A stretch of 63,859 nucleotides of DNA, filler included, from Choristocarpus tenellus KU-1152 (Eukaryota; Protista; Phaeophyceae), in assembly GCA_964200185.2 (NCBI GenBank). It is 13 parts of 13 records of this genome, joined end to end, with 100 filler letters (N's around TTAATTAATTAA, not from the genome) between each part and the next. Parts side by side here need not be neighbours in the genome. Positions count along the whole stretch, not along the records: positions 50,067 to 56,113 come from CAXNAD020009075.1; positions 56,214 to 61,097 come from CAXNAD020012674.1; positions 61,198 to 63,859 come from CAXNAD020025858.1; 10 more parts are not named here. One strand, 5' to 3'. Below the pieces are notes generated by a model, which was given only the letters and a program-made list of their open reading frames with translations, made no database searches and had not been told where the DNA came from. Below are positions 51,804-63,859 of the stretch, in pieces (within the stretch, counting starts at the first letter, position 1; each line of letters opens with the position of its first letter). Position numbers and translations under genes: made by a program.

Positions 51804-52301
51804 TAGAGTGTGGCGTAGGAGGGGTTCGAACCCATGAAATTCGCACTGAGAACAGAAAAATGGTTCGACAGCTGGACATGTTAGGGAATATTTAACATGT
51901 CCGGCCCACGCACTGGACACCTTACAATACTCAATGGACCTGATCCAGAGATATTAGGAAATATCTATCCTGTCCTGACTGCGGACTGGACAGGTTCCAA
52001 TTAATAGTTGGTGGACCTGTTCTGGAAATGTCAGAAAACATCATAAGCAGTCCGGCCTGGAGACTGGTCCCCTCGCATTTGCACAGACTGCTGAAAGGCC
52101 CTGACTCTTTTGAGTTGAGAACAGCTGCCGTTTGGGGTGCTTATTGGGTGCATGATTGTGATTATCTTGAAACGAATCCGTGAAGGTGGGAGAGTTCTGA
52201 CAGGCTAGTGCCAGACCATTACCCGTAACTAGGGAACCTTTCAAGCCCACAGGCTGAACTTGGCTACTTACCAATGGACCAGTCCAGTTGATCTGTCCGA
52301 T

Positions 52302-52559
52302 GAGCCAAATTATCTTAGAGGGTAGAGCCGCGTCCATTTGGGGGCCCAAATCCAAGGTTGCAATTTTGATGTAATTTTGGCTATCATGTTTGTTAGGAGA
52401 TGTCATTATCCTTGTTCCAGACACACCTTTTCATAATGTATACACTTTACCTACTCCGAAACTTTTGAAGTAGGTAAAACGTCATAAAAAGCCTGTGGGA
52501 GGCCAAGCCCCAAATGGACAAACAGGGGAAAACCCACATCATCTAACATACTTTCACTC
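52302..52559 (+). mobile_element. MITE family A copy, TSD CGAT
   Basis: cgat|gagccaaattatcttagagggta ... tactttcactc|cgat. Confidence 0.92.
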
Positions 52560-54597
52560 CGATCCGAGCACAATTTTCTGTAAAACGTTGAAACGTGATT
52601 TCATCTATCTTTCTTTTCTGTTGGTTCTTGTCATCTATATGGTTGTGGCAGTTGCTCTACTTCGAATTGTCGGATTGAACCAAAAATTGTACCTCAACAT
52701 AATTGCCTTTGAAATTCTATCTGTATTCCAAAGTCTGCAAAAGAGGTCCAAACCTAATTTAGTTGGAAAACATATGTTCTCTACTTGGAACGATGAAGTT
52801 TTTGTCATCTGAGGCTTAACGCAAAGTGAATCCTTGCTCTGTCGTCATATCTCCCAAACCGTGATACTGGAGACACCACCTCGCTGTTAGGTCTCTTCTT
52901 ATTCCCAACATCCTCCACGAGATCCTCCTTTGGGCATGCACAAGTTACTTCTGCCGTACTACATTCCCGCAGGTCCTGCTTGATGTTCAATGAACGAATA
53001 CGCCATTCCCACAACTCTCAGGACGGTCTACTTCCTCACTCGGAGTTCTCCACCTGACCCAGCCCGGCTCCCCCCTTGGTTCATAGATACCAGTATCACT
53101 ACCACTTCCGTCATCACTGTTGCTACCACTGTCACTACCACTGTCACTACCACTTAACACTATCCCTGCTACCATCACTGCCAATGCTCACCGCCGCTCA
53201 GTCATCTATGATCCCTTGGTCTCTGGACTATGTCTCAGTAGAGAGTGTGGTGCGTGGCGTGTATCCTTTTTCTACAAGCACACAAATACATAACATATCA
53301 TTCACATAATACCCAATTATTATATGTTTTTTCTGTCAAAGGTTATGTATCATGTTCTGAGAAGCCTTCTATGGTTTCTACAACAGAAGAAGTAGAGTTC
53401 ACAAAAAATATAGATCCGCTTTGTTTGTTGTTGAATTTTATCAGGTCAGACGTGGGTAAAATGTTTCTGACTTGACCAGTCCATAAGTATATTTTCGTGA
53501 CAGGGCCAGTCCACAACCATCCACTCTTTCAACATTGCGGGATGCAGACCAGTCAGGAACCAATATATTTTGACAGGGTGAGTTCATGGTCTTCGACTGT
53601 TTCAACATGTCCAAGCAATGGGACGGCCTGCGGCCATGCCAACTGCCCAGACTGATGAAGGCCCCGAAAAAGACCCCGTAGAGTGATTTAAAAAAAATCC
53701 ACAATAAATCATCACAATATCAGCCAAGCTCTAATCTTGTTGGTCGGCTCGAATTTCAGGGCACTTGACATCGGTTGGTGTCAATAGCTGAGGACGGGGA
53801 AGCTGGCCTTCGTAATTTGTTCTGATATTATTTTGATGATGGAGCTGATGGTCAGTGGCACCATATCAGCTAACATCTCAAGTTTACTATTGAAACAAAG
53901 AGGCAGTCGAATGAGTTTGGAGCAGGCAGGGCAGTAGATGATGATCTTATTTGACTGTAAATGTTTCGAAGTAATATTTGTGCTGTTTCGGTTAGTCACG
54001 ATTATTGGATGTACGTAGAAATTGAGGTGACGTTGCCCAGCATGGAGAAAAGAAAATAACAGTAGTTAAAAATATTAAAAATACCATGCATTTTGCCAAA
54101 CAGATGTTGTACTAATGATAACTCCAGTTATATAGTTGACATATCATATTACGACATTGGGGTGTCCATGTGGCCATGGTCTCTTCTTGGTGAGGACACT
54201 TTCCTCTTTATTCTTCTACTGAAATGGTGGTCGCAATTTTTTTTTTGTGTATGGTGGAAACTGCAAAAAAAGTAATAATAATTAATACACTAGCTACTTC
54301 CTGAGTCGAACACAAGAGGGGAATTGTTGCACTGCCACCACCAAGGCTGCACGAGTTATAGTTGCAACAAACCCCAGGCAAGAGAATAATCAAATGATAC
54401 AAATTGTTGATGAAAGCTTTTTTTGATGGCCAGACCTACACAATATACACAATATGGCATGTACTCCATAGTAGACAGGTAGGGGATTTAACTATACATA
54501 ATAGAATGTATTGCACCATTCCAATTCCTTCGTCTAATAATGGTGATCGATTATTTCCCGCATATATTTTTTATTGGTCCACACCATCAATATTTTA

Positions 54598-56113
54598 TAT
54601 TATTATGCCTTCTGACATTTCGCAGATGTGTCAGGGGGAAAACCAATGAAGACTATTTACATGTACGTATAAACCCTAAAGAAGTAAATATGTCACAAAT
54701 GTGAGAAACACTAATCTATTCGTTACTTCACTACTATCTATGTTGTACCACTGCCTTCCTGTGCCTCCAATCTACCTATTCCTGGACCACAGGGTGAGTA
54801 GTTAGGGAGGCATCCCAAGAATCCAACAAACCCCTCCGTGCCCATCTCCCTGGTGACTCCAGCTTAAACCGCATGACACGTCTGGAAAGTGCCACTTGCA
54901 TTGTTACTGAGACTATTTGGCGTAGGCGGGATTTGACCGCTCCTTTCCTGCCATATCCTTCGGTTCCTCTCCCCCCCACCATGTGAGTAGCCAGCTCATC
55001 CAGGAAACATTCCGCTTGCTTGCCGAGGAGCCCAAAACTTTCCACCGCGAAGGTGTTGAGGTTATAACCACGAGGATTGAAAGAGCTCTCAGTGGGTGCG
55101 CTTTCGCGCCTCAGCTGCAGCAGCAGCTGCACCATTGCTGGTGGATGAATGTGTAAGATGAGAGGTTGCCTGCACTTCTGGAAATGTAACACCTAGCAGA
55201 AGGCATTTGTCCCGGTAGGGGGCTGTTCCAACATCCGCAAGTGCCTCTGCATGGAATACTAGATCCATGCGGAGATTCCTCTCTACCGTGAAGGGGCTGC
55301 TGTCCTCTGTAGTGCAAGGGGTGCCCATTCCGTTGCATAGTTGGCTTAGGCGTTTCACCATGGGTGTGTGCTGTCGCACCTAGCCTCCTGTACCCCGCCA
55401 CTGGACACCTGTTTGACAGGGCCTCCTCCCTCCATAGGGATCTGCTGATTGTAAGCTTGAATTCTATAGGGGGAATCTGGCATGCCGGCTCCAGGGGTTG
55501 CGTTGAGGCCCATGCGTTTGCCCCTTGTCCACACTGGCTCAGGTGGCTTGCTAGGGCTAATGAGGAACTTTCCTTCCCCTGTTGTACTTCGCTTGCTAGG
55601 CCGGCTAGTTGTGTCCGCAAGGAGTCGAAACGGATCCTGTTCAGGAGGCGTTTGATCTCATGTTGAGCCCTCATTGTGATCCTGGCGTCATGAGCTGCCA
55701 GGATGTGGACCTCCAGGGCAGGCGCGGGGGATGTTGCTGTTTCTCCTCAGGTTACCCAGTCTTGGCCAATGACTTCTACAAGGTCTTCTGAGGGGATACC
55801 TGTAGAAAGGAGGGTGTGAATGGGCGATCCTAACGCCTGTACTGTGGGGCTCGTGCAAACAGCTTATGAGAAGGACTCGCTATGAGGCCCTTGCTGCCTT
55901 GCTAGGAGGGTGGGGAGAGTGGCCACCAGTGATCCTACGAAAGTCGCGTGTTAGTGGTGTTTCATAGAGGAGAGGTCCAAACCCCTCGCACTTATGGGCA
56001 TCTGTGCCTGTACTTGCTGGTGGGTCTCTAGGCAGAGATGTTACATGCGCCCCTCAATGCTCACCTTCCAGGATGTACAACTCAAATCCAACGACCTCAA
56101 AACGACGCTACGA
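54598..56113 (-). mobile_element. Decayed CRE-like non-LTR retrotransposon with restriction-like endonuclease (RLE), frameshifted, cut by contig end
   Basis: Successive frames give GANAWASTQP...EFKLTISRSL (post-RT region), RMDLV...LLLGVT...AAAAAEARKRTH, and FAVESFGLLGKQAECFLDELA...RLRQIVSVTMQ. This is the RLE signature of CRE-clade elements, followed by a 3' UTR ending in an AAT tail. Confidence 0.8.
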
Positions 56114-56455
56114 NNNNNNNNNNNNNNNNNNNNNNNNNNNNNNNNNNNNNNNNNNNNTTAATTAATTAANNNNNNNNNNNNNNNNNNNNNNNNNNNNNNN
56201 NNNNNNNNNNNNNTAAGTGTGTGAGTTCGCAATATGACAGGAGGTGATATTTTTCTCTTCCCATCCCTTCCCTCCCTCCCTCCCTCCCTCCCTTGCCAAC
56301 AATGCTTCATTCTACCCCCGGAAAACCATCCTCCGAATAAATCGCCGATTAACCAACTCTGCCCAGCAGAGTTTCTCAAAAACTGTGAGACAAACAGCAG
56401 CACCCAGAAGACAATACCACCTCAACTATATCGTTCCCACCACCCCCTTACTTAC

Positions 56456-59054
56456 TCCCTGACCCCCCAACCTGCACCCAGATGCATTCTTCTCACTGAT
56501 TCCATCTCCCCCTTGCTGGCAGCGGAACACGTCCCCACAGTGTTAAAATAATCCCCATAGGCAGAATCAACCACCATTACATCTCCCTCCTGAATCCCAG
56601 AGTGCTGTGTGAACGGCCACCATATCGTTTTCAAGGCACGTTCCTTGAACCCTGAGAGATCATGGGCCACAGCTGTTCGGAGGGTCATCAACGAATTGAG
56701 TGCCAACGAAAAATTCTCTCCCTGGGAGGTGTACCAGCCGCCCAGGGGCTCCTGTGGCGGGGGCAGGGCTCCCAATTCGAAGACAGGGACACCCCCAGAG
56801 TGCCTTCCCACTGCCTCTGCATTTCCCAGGTCTTCTTCTATTGAGGAGAGATTGGGATAGGGTTTGGATAAGAATTATGGCGAAGGATTTAGCGAAAGGA
56901 CGTTAGGAATTAGCTTTTGCTCCTCGACTTGGTCACACTATTGTTTTGCTCTTGAAGTGATGCCAAGTCTAGCAACAACAATAACAGTACAATTGGGGAA
57001 TAGGTGCCATGGTACAAAAAGTGACAGGTACACCACTAACAGAACATGGCCTACATTAAATATAATACCATACAGGGCTGGTATGATCCATTGTATTCAC
57101 ACTGTGAAACCCCTCAACCCGGCTATCCAGTCCATGTTGACTCTACTCTTGGCAAGCACTTAAATAAACGTTTATCATTACATACATAAAACTATTGTGC
57201 TTATGCTGTCCTATTTTTTAGCTGTTGCAATGGAAGGGCACAACAATGGATGAGTACAACAGCAGAGGTTGGTTCTAGCATCAAAGGTAAGTTTTTGAAA
57301 CAGCAGTATCAAAGGAGGCATAAACCTGTACCTGGATGCTATAATGGCAGTGGGTCAGGTGCTATATAGTAGTCAGCGTTGAGAAGTGGGGGAGTGAAAG
57401 TGGGAGTGGGAAGAGATGTTCGATATATTGATATATGCAAAGAGATTACCTTACTTTGATCAATGTCATCTTATCAATGTTCGAACTTAAGAGTCCAGTA
57501 GGAGGGGAAAATAGGATCATCGTGGTTGCAATAGTGCTGAAGGAAGATAGTTGTACTAGGGGCAGAGGAAGAAGGAGGGCACCAAGTGCCATCTTGGTAT
57601 CACCTGTGTGTTTGGGTAAGTTATAGCAGGTGGAATGGTGCTATGCTACCTTGTTTAGGCAGGTATCAAGTAGAGAGTAGTGCTCATCTCAAATGTGTGT
57701 TTATCTGCGTGTGTGCATGTACATACGCATTTGTGCGGTAAGAATTTTGATCATTTGTCACAGTTGCCTTTGAAACAAACTATTCACATAATGCTAGGTA
57801 CACACTTGATAGTGGTTCATCACACCTCCTTCCACAATTCCGTAAGATCCTTTGGGATTAGCAAGGAGCAGAGAGGTGATCTCAGCATTTAAGTTGTGCA
57901 TGCTGATGTTATTGGACAAAAAATGGTACCAACAAGGTCAATTGCTCAAGTAATCGGTTCCAAGCATGACCCAGTAGGGCATTCATATCTCGCAGCACTC
58001 CCTTTGCAATCAATGTCCCGCAGACTTGCTGCCATCAGGTACATATGATGCACAGAGGACCAAAGAGGTCAAAGTTAAAGAAACTTGCATGTGTGTGTAC
58101 ATATACTTCTGCAGGCAAACGCAGAACAGTGCATCTCACCTTGGGCCAGCAAGGCTATGCCCAGAACGGTGTACCCTCTCGTGCGGAGGGACTCAAGGGA
58201 AGATAAGGTAGCACCAATGCCCCCCAGTCGTCCGTCGCCCACAAGAAGTACCGGTAATCGCATTGGTCGATACACATCGGCCTGCAGGGACCCCGATGGT
58301 GCTGGACTCAGCACTCCCCCCGCAGTTTCCACAAGAGTTAGTGTTCCTGCCTTCGTAACTCTGGCCGTGGGGGAGAGCATCCCCGAACCCGATCTTCTTT
58401 CTTCGCACTTTTCACTCAACACTTGCTTGATTTCTGACACTACCGAGGACAGCACGTCCACATCTGCTGTCAAGACGCCGTCTCTGTCGGCAGCAAGGTG
58501 TGGCGATACTGGATCTGTGTAGTTAAATAGGGTCTTGGTTTTGCATGACGGGACATGATCGGAGACGAAAGTGGCATCGGAGGCGTCTCCTGTTTGAACA
58601 GGCTTGATGTACGATACTTGCAGACCCTGCAAAGATATCGAGAAGATGTAGGGGTGTAGGAATGGGTGTTTTCTTCTAATCTCACGTGCCAACATTTTTG
58701 CATATCTTCCAAAGCACTGCAACCTACCTGACGCTCAGCGGCCTGGCAAAGCCCAGCTGTTATCACCGTCTTTCCCACTTCAGTGTTAGCGCCATAAACC
58801 TATTCCCGGGAATGGGGAGTAATCGTAGGAGATATCAGGTTAAGAGTTGGTTGGACTTGATTGACTATCATTTGTTGGTGTACCAGGAGATGATCCCCCA
58901 CCTGGATGACGTGGTCGTCCATGCCAAGAGTTGCATCTAGGACAACTCTATCTTCATGCAGCGCGCGTACCCCCCTTGCATGAGAAGAGAGGAGTTCCAG
59001 CTTAGCCGGAACCCGGTGTCTCCAAATTCCCAGTGTTCTTGTTGATCTAATCAT
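56456..59054 (-). CDS. BIO3-BIO1: Bifunctional dethiobiotin synthetase / DAPA aminotransferase, 5' part; exons 59054-58902, 58799-58728, 58626-58140, 56837-~56456
   Basis: Phase-consistent splicing: VYGANTEVGKT (P-loop), YIKPVQTG, PVSPHLAA, VETAGGVLSP, GDGRLGGI (BioD domain), then IWWPFTQH (BioA N-terminus). The last donor position is uncertain. Confidence 0.95.
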
Positions 59055-59560
59055 GATCTTGATACCTTTCGCCTCAAGGCCTACAACTAATCGTTTTCTC
59101 TGAAAGATAGCACTGTAGGTGGGGAACAGCCTAGATCAACCTAGTACGTGACAGTGAATACTATGCAGCCCACCATCAATGAACATCAATTACTTTGTGC
59201 ATCATGAACACTGCCATCAGAAACCAAGATCAAGGATCTACGACTCCCAGTTTTGCCCTAACCCTACACGATCCTTTCTTTCCCTCCTGACCACACTAAG
59301 AGGAAATCATTGTCGTAGCTAGGGAGAGCTGGCAAGCCGTGTACTGTCAGTATATGGTACAAATATATCACTGGGGGACTTCCAGTGACCGTGTTTCTTG
59401 TGAACGGTTCGTGTAGGAGGACTAAAATTGGAGGCAATCAAGCAATCCTCCTCAAACTGTCCCCAACAACCTCTTGCCTTTTACGTGGTTTGTCTGGTTG
59501 TGTGGATAGTTTGCCTGGTATATTAGGAGAGCGTTACGTGTGCTTGTTATACACAATAGT
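59055..59560. promoter_or_regulatory. Putative bidirectional promoter between BIO3-BIO1 and CSN1
   Basis: Divergent predicted start codons 506 bp apart on one contig. Confidence 0.55.
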
Positions 59561-61039
59561 ATGTCTACAGGAGGAAGCTTCCCTGTCGATCCAGGGCCGA
59601 TGGATGTGGAAGACTCTGATGCTGCACCAACGGTCCAAGCATCAAGCGAGTCGAGTCGGCAGGAGGGCATTGATGATAATGGAGATGTTACTGGAGTAAC
59701 AGACGCAGTCACAATGCCGGCAGCAGTAAATGGTGGTCCAGAGATGAGCACGGAGGTTGCACAGGATGCGAAGGGGGTCACTGTTCCTCTTCCTCCGAAC
59801 TTTGGTGAGGCCTATGAAGGAAGACATGACATTTCTTTCGCTCTCTTTGCCAACATCGCGCGCAAGCATCGCAAGCACGAGCACTGGCTCATGGCTCTCA
59901 TGTGCAGAGGACCAATGAGGCCTCTTTGACGTTTTAGATGACCTCTATCGCTAAAGGATGTCCAACCTAGAGATGTTGATTGTATACTCACCTACTTTCG
60001 GTCTGTGTGGTTTTCTTTTTCATTCCTTTTATCGCCGTCTGGGCGGTGCGGAGAGTAGACCTCGAGGCCTATATCTCCCGCTACACCGGGTTTACCAGGT
60101 TGAATCGGCTTGATTGGATATCTAACCGATGCCCGGAGCTGGAACCAGAGTGCCTACGAACCGCGCTGACTTTGCTGAAGCAAGGCATTAATACTTCTGC
60201 CTACAAGGAGTTGTGCAAGCGTGCGCAAGCAATCTTAGGGCCTGAGTTTGCACTGGACAATGAATGGGTGGAGCAGGTGCGCTCTTTTGTGCAGCATCAC
60301 GTGTCTTGATAACCTGATGGGATTCCTTGGATGTGAAGGCGATGGGGATCGAGGCGTCAGAATTGACTGGTTCCAAAAGTTCAACCAGGATAGTAGCCGC
60401 ATGATCACCAAACGCAGGATTACGGGGAGGGCGATAAGAATAGGCGATTATGACTGGACACTGCTAAAATAACATTGAGGTGGACACTCAGGGTAATATT
60501 GGTGTTACACCCTTCATGAGTGTTAAAGAGGGAACTTCGTATGTTGTCACAAAACGACTTGTGAGAGATGGTCAAATAGTCCAGAGCTATTTGTCAAGAG
60601 TCAGGCAGTAAAGTTTAGTGCAGGAACTCCAATGGCAGTACTCTGATATTACCCTTGTAGTATAGTGACTGGAAATGGAGACATAACCAGGCTTATTTTG
60701 TCTGGTGAGGCAAAGGAATAGTTGAATGCATCAGAACCTCTTTTTAGCGGCATTCATAAGGCTTACCCCCATGCCCTGCAGACACCATGCTGCCCTGTCA
60801 AGGTTTACCATTGCAAGAGAGCCTCACTGTGTTTCACCTTCTCCTCACCCACCCTAGAGCTCTCTGGTCTCTTGTACCCTACTGGTATTTTGAACTGGCT
60901 ACTTTGTGCGTCAGGTTGACCGACGATATCAGCAGACGGCGGATAGGCTGGAGGTGGAACTGAGCTCATACAAGACCAGCCTCATCAAGGAGAGCATACG
61001 CATGGGCTATAATGAGCTAGGAGATCTCTTCTACCGGAG
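59561..61039 (+). CDS. CSN1: COP9 signalosome subunit 1 (CSN1/GPS1), 5' part; exons 59561-59804, 60059-60276, 60915-61039
   Basis: Splicing gives ...PPNF|DLEAYISRYTGFTRLNRL...LDNEWVEQ|VDRR...RLEVELSSYKTSLIKESIRMGYNELGDLFY, which contains the conserved CSN1 motifs. Confidence 0.93.
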
Positions 61040-62205
61040 GTTTGCTTCTTTTTATCTCCTATCCCTCCCTCCCTCCCCCACCCCCCACAACATCCACNNN
61101 NNNNNNNNNNNNNNNNNNNNNNNNNNNNNNNNNNNNNNNNNTTAATTAATTAANNNNNNNNNNNNNNNNNNNNNNNNNNNNNNNNNNNNNNNNNNNNAGT
61201 GTTTATTGTTGGGGGGGGGTTTTTGCTTTTGTTTGGTGTTGTGTGTTGGTGGGGGGGGGGGGGGGGGGGGGGAGTCATCGTGCTCGAACTGACCTAGCCA
61301 AAACCGTTCGTATTACGTTGTGTCACCATCCTGCAACATTGAAGAGGAAGACAACAACAAAAAAGTGATGCCACTACCATAAAATCTCCTGGCGCCGCCG
61401 AAAGGGTCATCTTAATGGGCGGGAAAATGTTCATTCAGCTAACGCAGGTGCTACTGGTGTTTGCATGGAGTGTAAGATTGGTCTATTGAGGGCACGGGAT
61501 CCTTGGAGCATGGCACTTGGACGACCTCTTTCTTTTTCCGAATATGCATACCGTATGTATGTATTTGGACGAAACAGGTCTCAGGGTTAGACTGATATAT
61601 ACGCATATATGCCCCAAGGGAGCGTGAAATTAAGCACTAGTTCTGTTGGTACTGTACAAGCAGTCTCCTTAATTATGCAACCCCAAGTCGAACACAGTAG
61701 ATACCTTACGCCCGACCAATGCCTTCAATCAGCATCAGAAGGTAGATCAATATATTTGATCGAAGTACAAGGGATCGCGCAACCAAACGATCGTGTGACA
61801 AATTCCTCTGTAATTTTGTCTAACCCACCACCCTGGAGCGTGTGAGACTGGAACTATTAATATTCTTTCTCTTGGTCAATAACGCATCAACCATGTGAGG
61901 CTGGCTCTATTACCTTTTTTTCACAAGAAAATGAGGCTGGCTCTATTCAAGGCAAGGACGATGACCAAAGGACAGGAGGTTTTGCTATATACAAGCAGTA
62001 GTAGTGGTGTACCATTTGCTTCCGAAATCCATCAATATGGGCTGCCTGCATATACAGCAACAATGGCCGTCCGAGGTATTTTGGCAAAGGACCCTAACTG
62101 AGGTTCGCGCTCCCATTTTCGAACTTTAGTATCCAAGCCTACCGCCTTATACAATTCGTGGCATGCCAACCACCGCGTCACAGCAGGTGGAGATGAATCA
62201 CTTGC

Positions 62206-62359
62206 CTTGGCGTTGAGTGCCCATACAGCCGGACGGTTGTTGGTGCAGAAATCGAATCCGTCCTCTCCGCAGTCGGGCATGTCGACTTCAAACACCACCA
62301 CTTTGGTCCCATCCGAACCTCCTTTCCACCCGTGCATCCCAACGCCTCGGTAGAAACTT
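62206..62359 (-). CDS. Internal exon of a TOS1/YJL171C-like (DUF2401) putative glycoside hydrolase
   Basis: FYRGVGMHGWKGGSDGTKVVVFEVDMP...NNRPAVWALNAK matches the TOS1-family G-W/F-xG...K.F.FEF.MP...PAIW.LNA pattern. The predicted donor is AAG|GCAAGT. Confidence 0.7.
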
Positions 62360-62550
62360 CTCGCGGCAACGTAGATTAATAGACGCAAGCCCCCATGAGG
62401 GGAGAGGGGGTGGGGAAGGGAGTGAGAGGGGTAGTGCGTGGTAGACAAGAGATCAAATTGTCTAAGGTGTGTGTTCCGGCTGGAGGCATGATTACTACAT
62501 ACTGTCTCTTTGTTGAGGATGCTGAGGATGAGGGTGTAGGGGAAACATAT

Positions 62551-62712
62551 GAGTCCAAAGTAAACGAAAGTACCCAGAGTTGTATTTCGAGGATATCAGC
62601 AAATATGCGGAAAAATCGACATTTTTTGCAAATGCCTGTACGATATTTTCCAAATCATGTCCAAAAGGTTCAAAGCAGAAGAGAAATCAACCCTCTCAGC
62701 GCTTCATGCATA
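62551..62712 (+). mobile_element. Partial, diverged MITE family C copy
   Basis: gagtccaaagtaaacgaaagtacccagagttgtatttc aligns with the start of 47432-47692. Confidence 0.65.
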
Positions 62713-63859
62713 TAAATATGGGTAAATTGCAACTCTACTACTAGTGATCAGAGATCTTCCATGCCTGTCGCTATCTCAACCAGGAAGGTGAGCTTGTTTA
62801 AAAAGCGGGCATAGTTGGATATCAAGTGTTTCAGCACGTCCACTGCACCAAGTATCCATTTCAGTCAACATCGTTTGACTGTCACTTTGGGTCCAAATTG
62901 CCCATGGTCTGAGTGTAATTCAAGTACAGAATACGATAGTGCGTGGGAAATTGAAGCAGGGTTTGATCTTGAGGGGGAGCCTTTGAGGTATGCTGGGTGT
63001 AGCGACCACCATTTGCTACCATGGTTGCTTGGAAAGCACAGTAATGTGTCACTATATTTCTTGAGGGCTACCTACCCGCATTCATTCGAATTGCAACCAT
63101 GGCTCGTCATGATGTTGACCTCGATATCCCCATTTAGCTTTCCTTCAAACTGAGTGGGTTCCGATGCACACATCAAACCCTGTTTGTTAAAATTAGAAGA
63201 TGGGGTGTGGCTTTATGTCAGTATTTCATTGGTTGAAAGTACAAAAAGGTGTCTAAATGTTTATCAGAGGTAGAGGATACTATGTGCTACATGAATAGTA
63301 CGTGAGTGTTTTGGAAAGGATTCTCTCGAAAGGATACAACACAAAAAAACATACTTCAAAAAGATTCATCAAAAGGAATAGACATCTAGAAGGGATACAG
63401 TGGAAGTACTCATTGTAGTAGGAAAATGGTGCTTACAGTTTGGCCCATGCTTACAAGACAATGGAAGCAATGTATCATGAAGGAGTATAAATGTATATGT
63501 AGTAAATTGCACTATTGTAGAGCTCTGCCCGTAGAGTTACTTCACAAACCAGCTAAGCTCGTCATACACACCCCAGCAAGATCAAGGTTTGGGGGGTATC
63601 ATTGGTTCCACAGCAAAGAAATACACACATACTTGAAGTATTTCAGTGCAGTAGTCGACCTACGAACAAAAACACACTATCGAATTTGCACACAATATAT
63701 TCCTACATGGCTCAAAGTAGTAAGAGAGTATTTACACTATGCCAACGCTTAACAAAGGTGTACCATGCCAATAACAACTACAACGTGCTGATCAAGGTAA
63801 AGGGACTTGGGTCAAAATATCTGGAGGGGGGGGTGGTTTGTGAGGGGGTGTCGGTTTCG

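Noticed and set aside
51808-51850. tRNA gene (GGGTTCGAACCC T-arm-like sequence, minus strand)
   Set aside because: The T-stem is mismatched and no 5' half or matching acceptor strand is present; at most a tRNA/SINE relic.
56456-59054. BioD-BioA fusion as a novelty
   Set aside because: The bifunctional BIO3-BIO1 fusion is already well known in plants, fungi and algae.
62032-62205. Read-through to AKIPRTA as a continuation of the TOS1-like exon
   Set aside because: It resembles the fungal NAKIPRT motif but lacks a splice acceptor and the following QYG/CxC motifs, and stops within a few codons; probably chance.

Overview
Eukaryotic, intron-rich genomic DNA, most likely a photosynthetic stramenopile (brown alga or close relative). 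This is inferred from a signal peptide followed by a Phe-start plastid transit peptide, a Pmp-like adhesin and the gene architecture. The window is not contiguous. It is 13 short contigs joined by artificial 100-bp spacers (44 N + TTAATTAATTAA + 44 N), so neighbourhood across spacers means nothing. Spliced genes I could assemble by hand with consistent intron phases, mostly partial: TRM8/METTL1; a secreted Pmp-like (GGAI/FxxN) repeat protein built from phase-1 modular exons; an IQ+SAM protein; a divergent Cdc123-like ATP-grasp protein; a plastid-targeted GST-like protein head-to-head with GEMIN2; and BIO3-BIO1 head-to-head with CSN1. There is also one exon of a TOS1-like protein. The non-coding space holds several MITE families with 4-bp target-site duplications (Sola-like), decayed copia, gypsy-like, RTE and CRE-like retroelements, a 20-bp palindromic minisatellite and microsatellites. 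The best candidates for new biology are the modular-exon Pmp-like gene, the network of MITE families with shared termini, and the degenerate Cdc123-like gene. All family assignments come from motif recognition by eye, not database searches.
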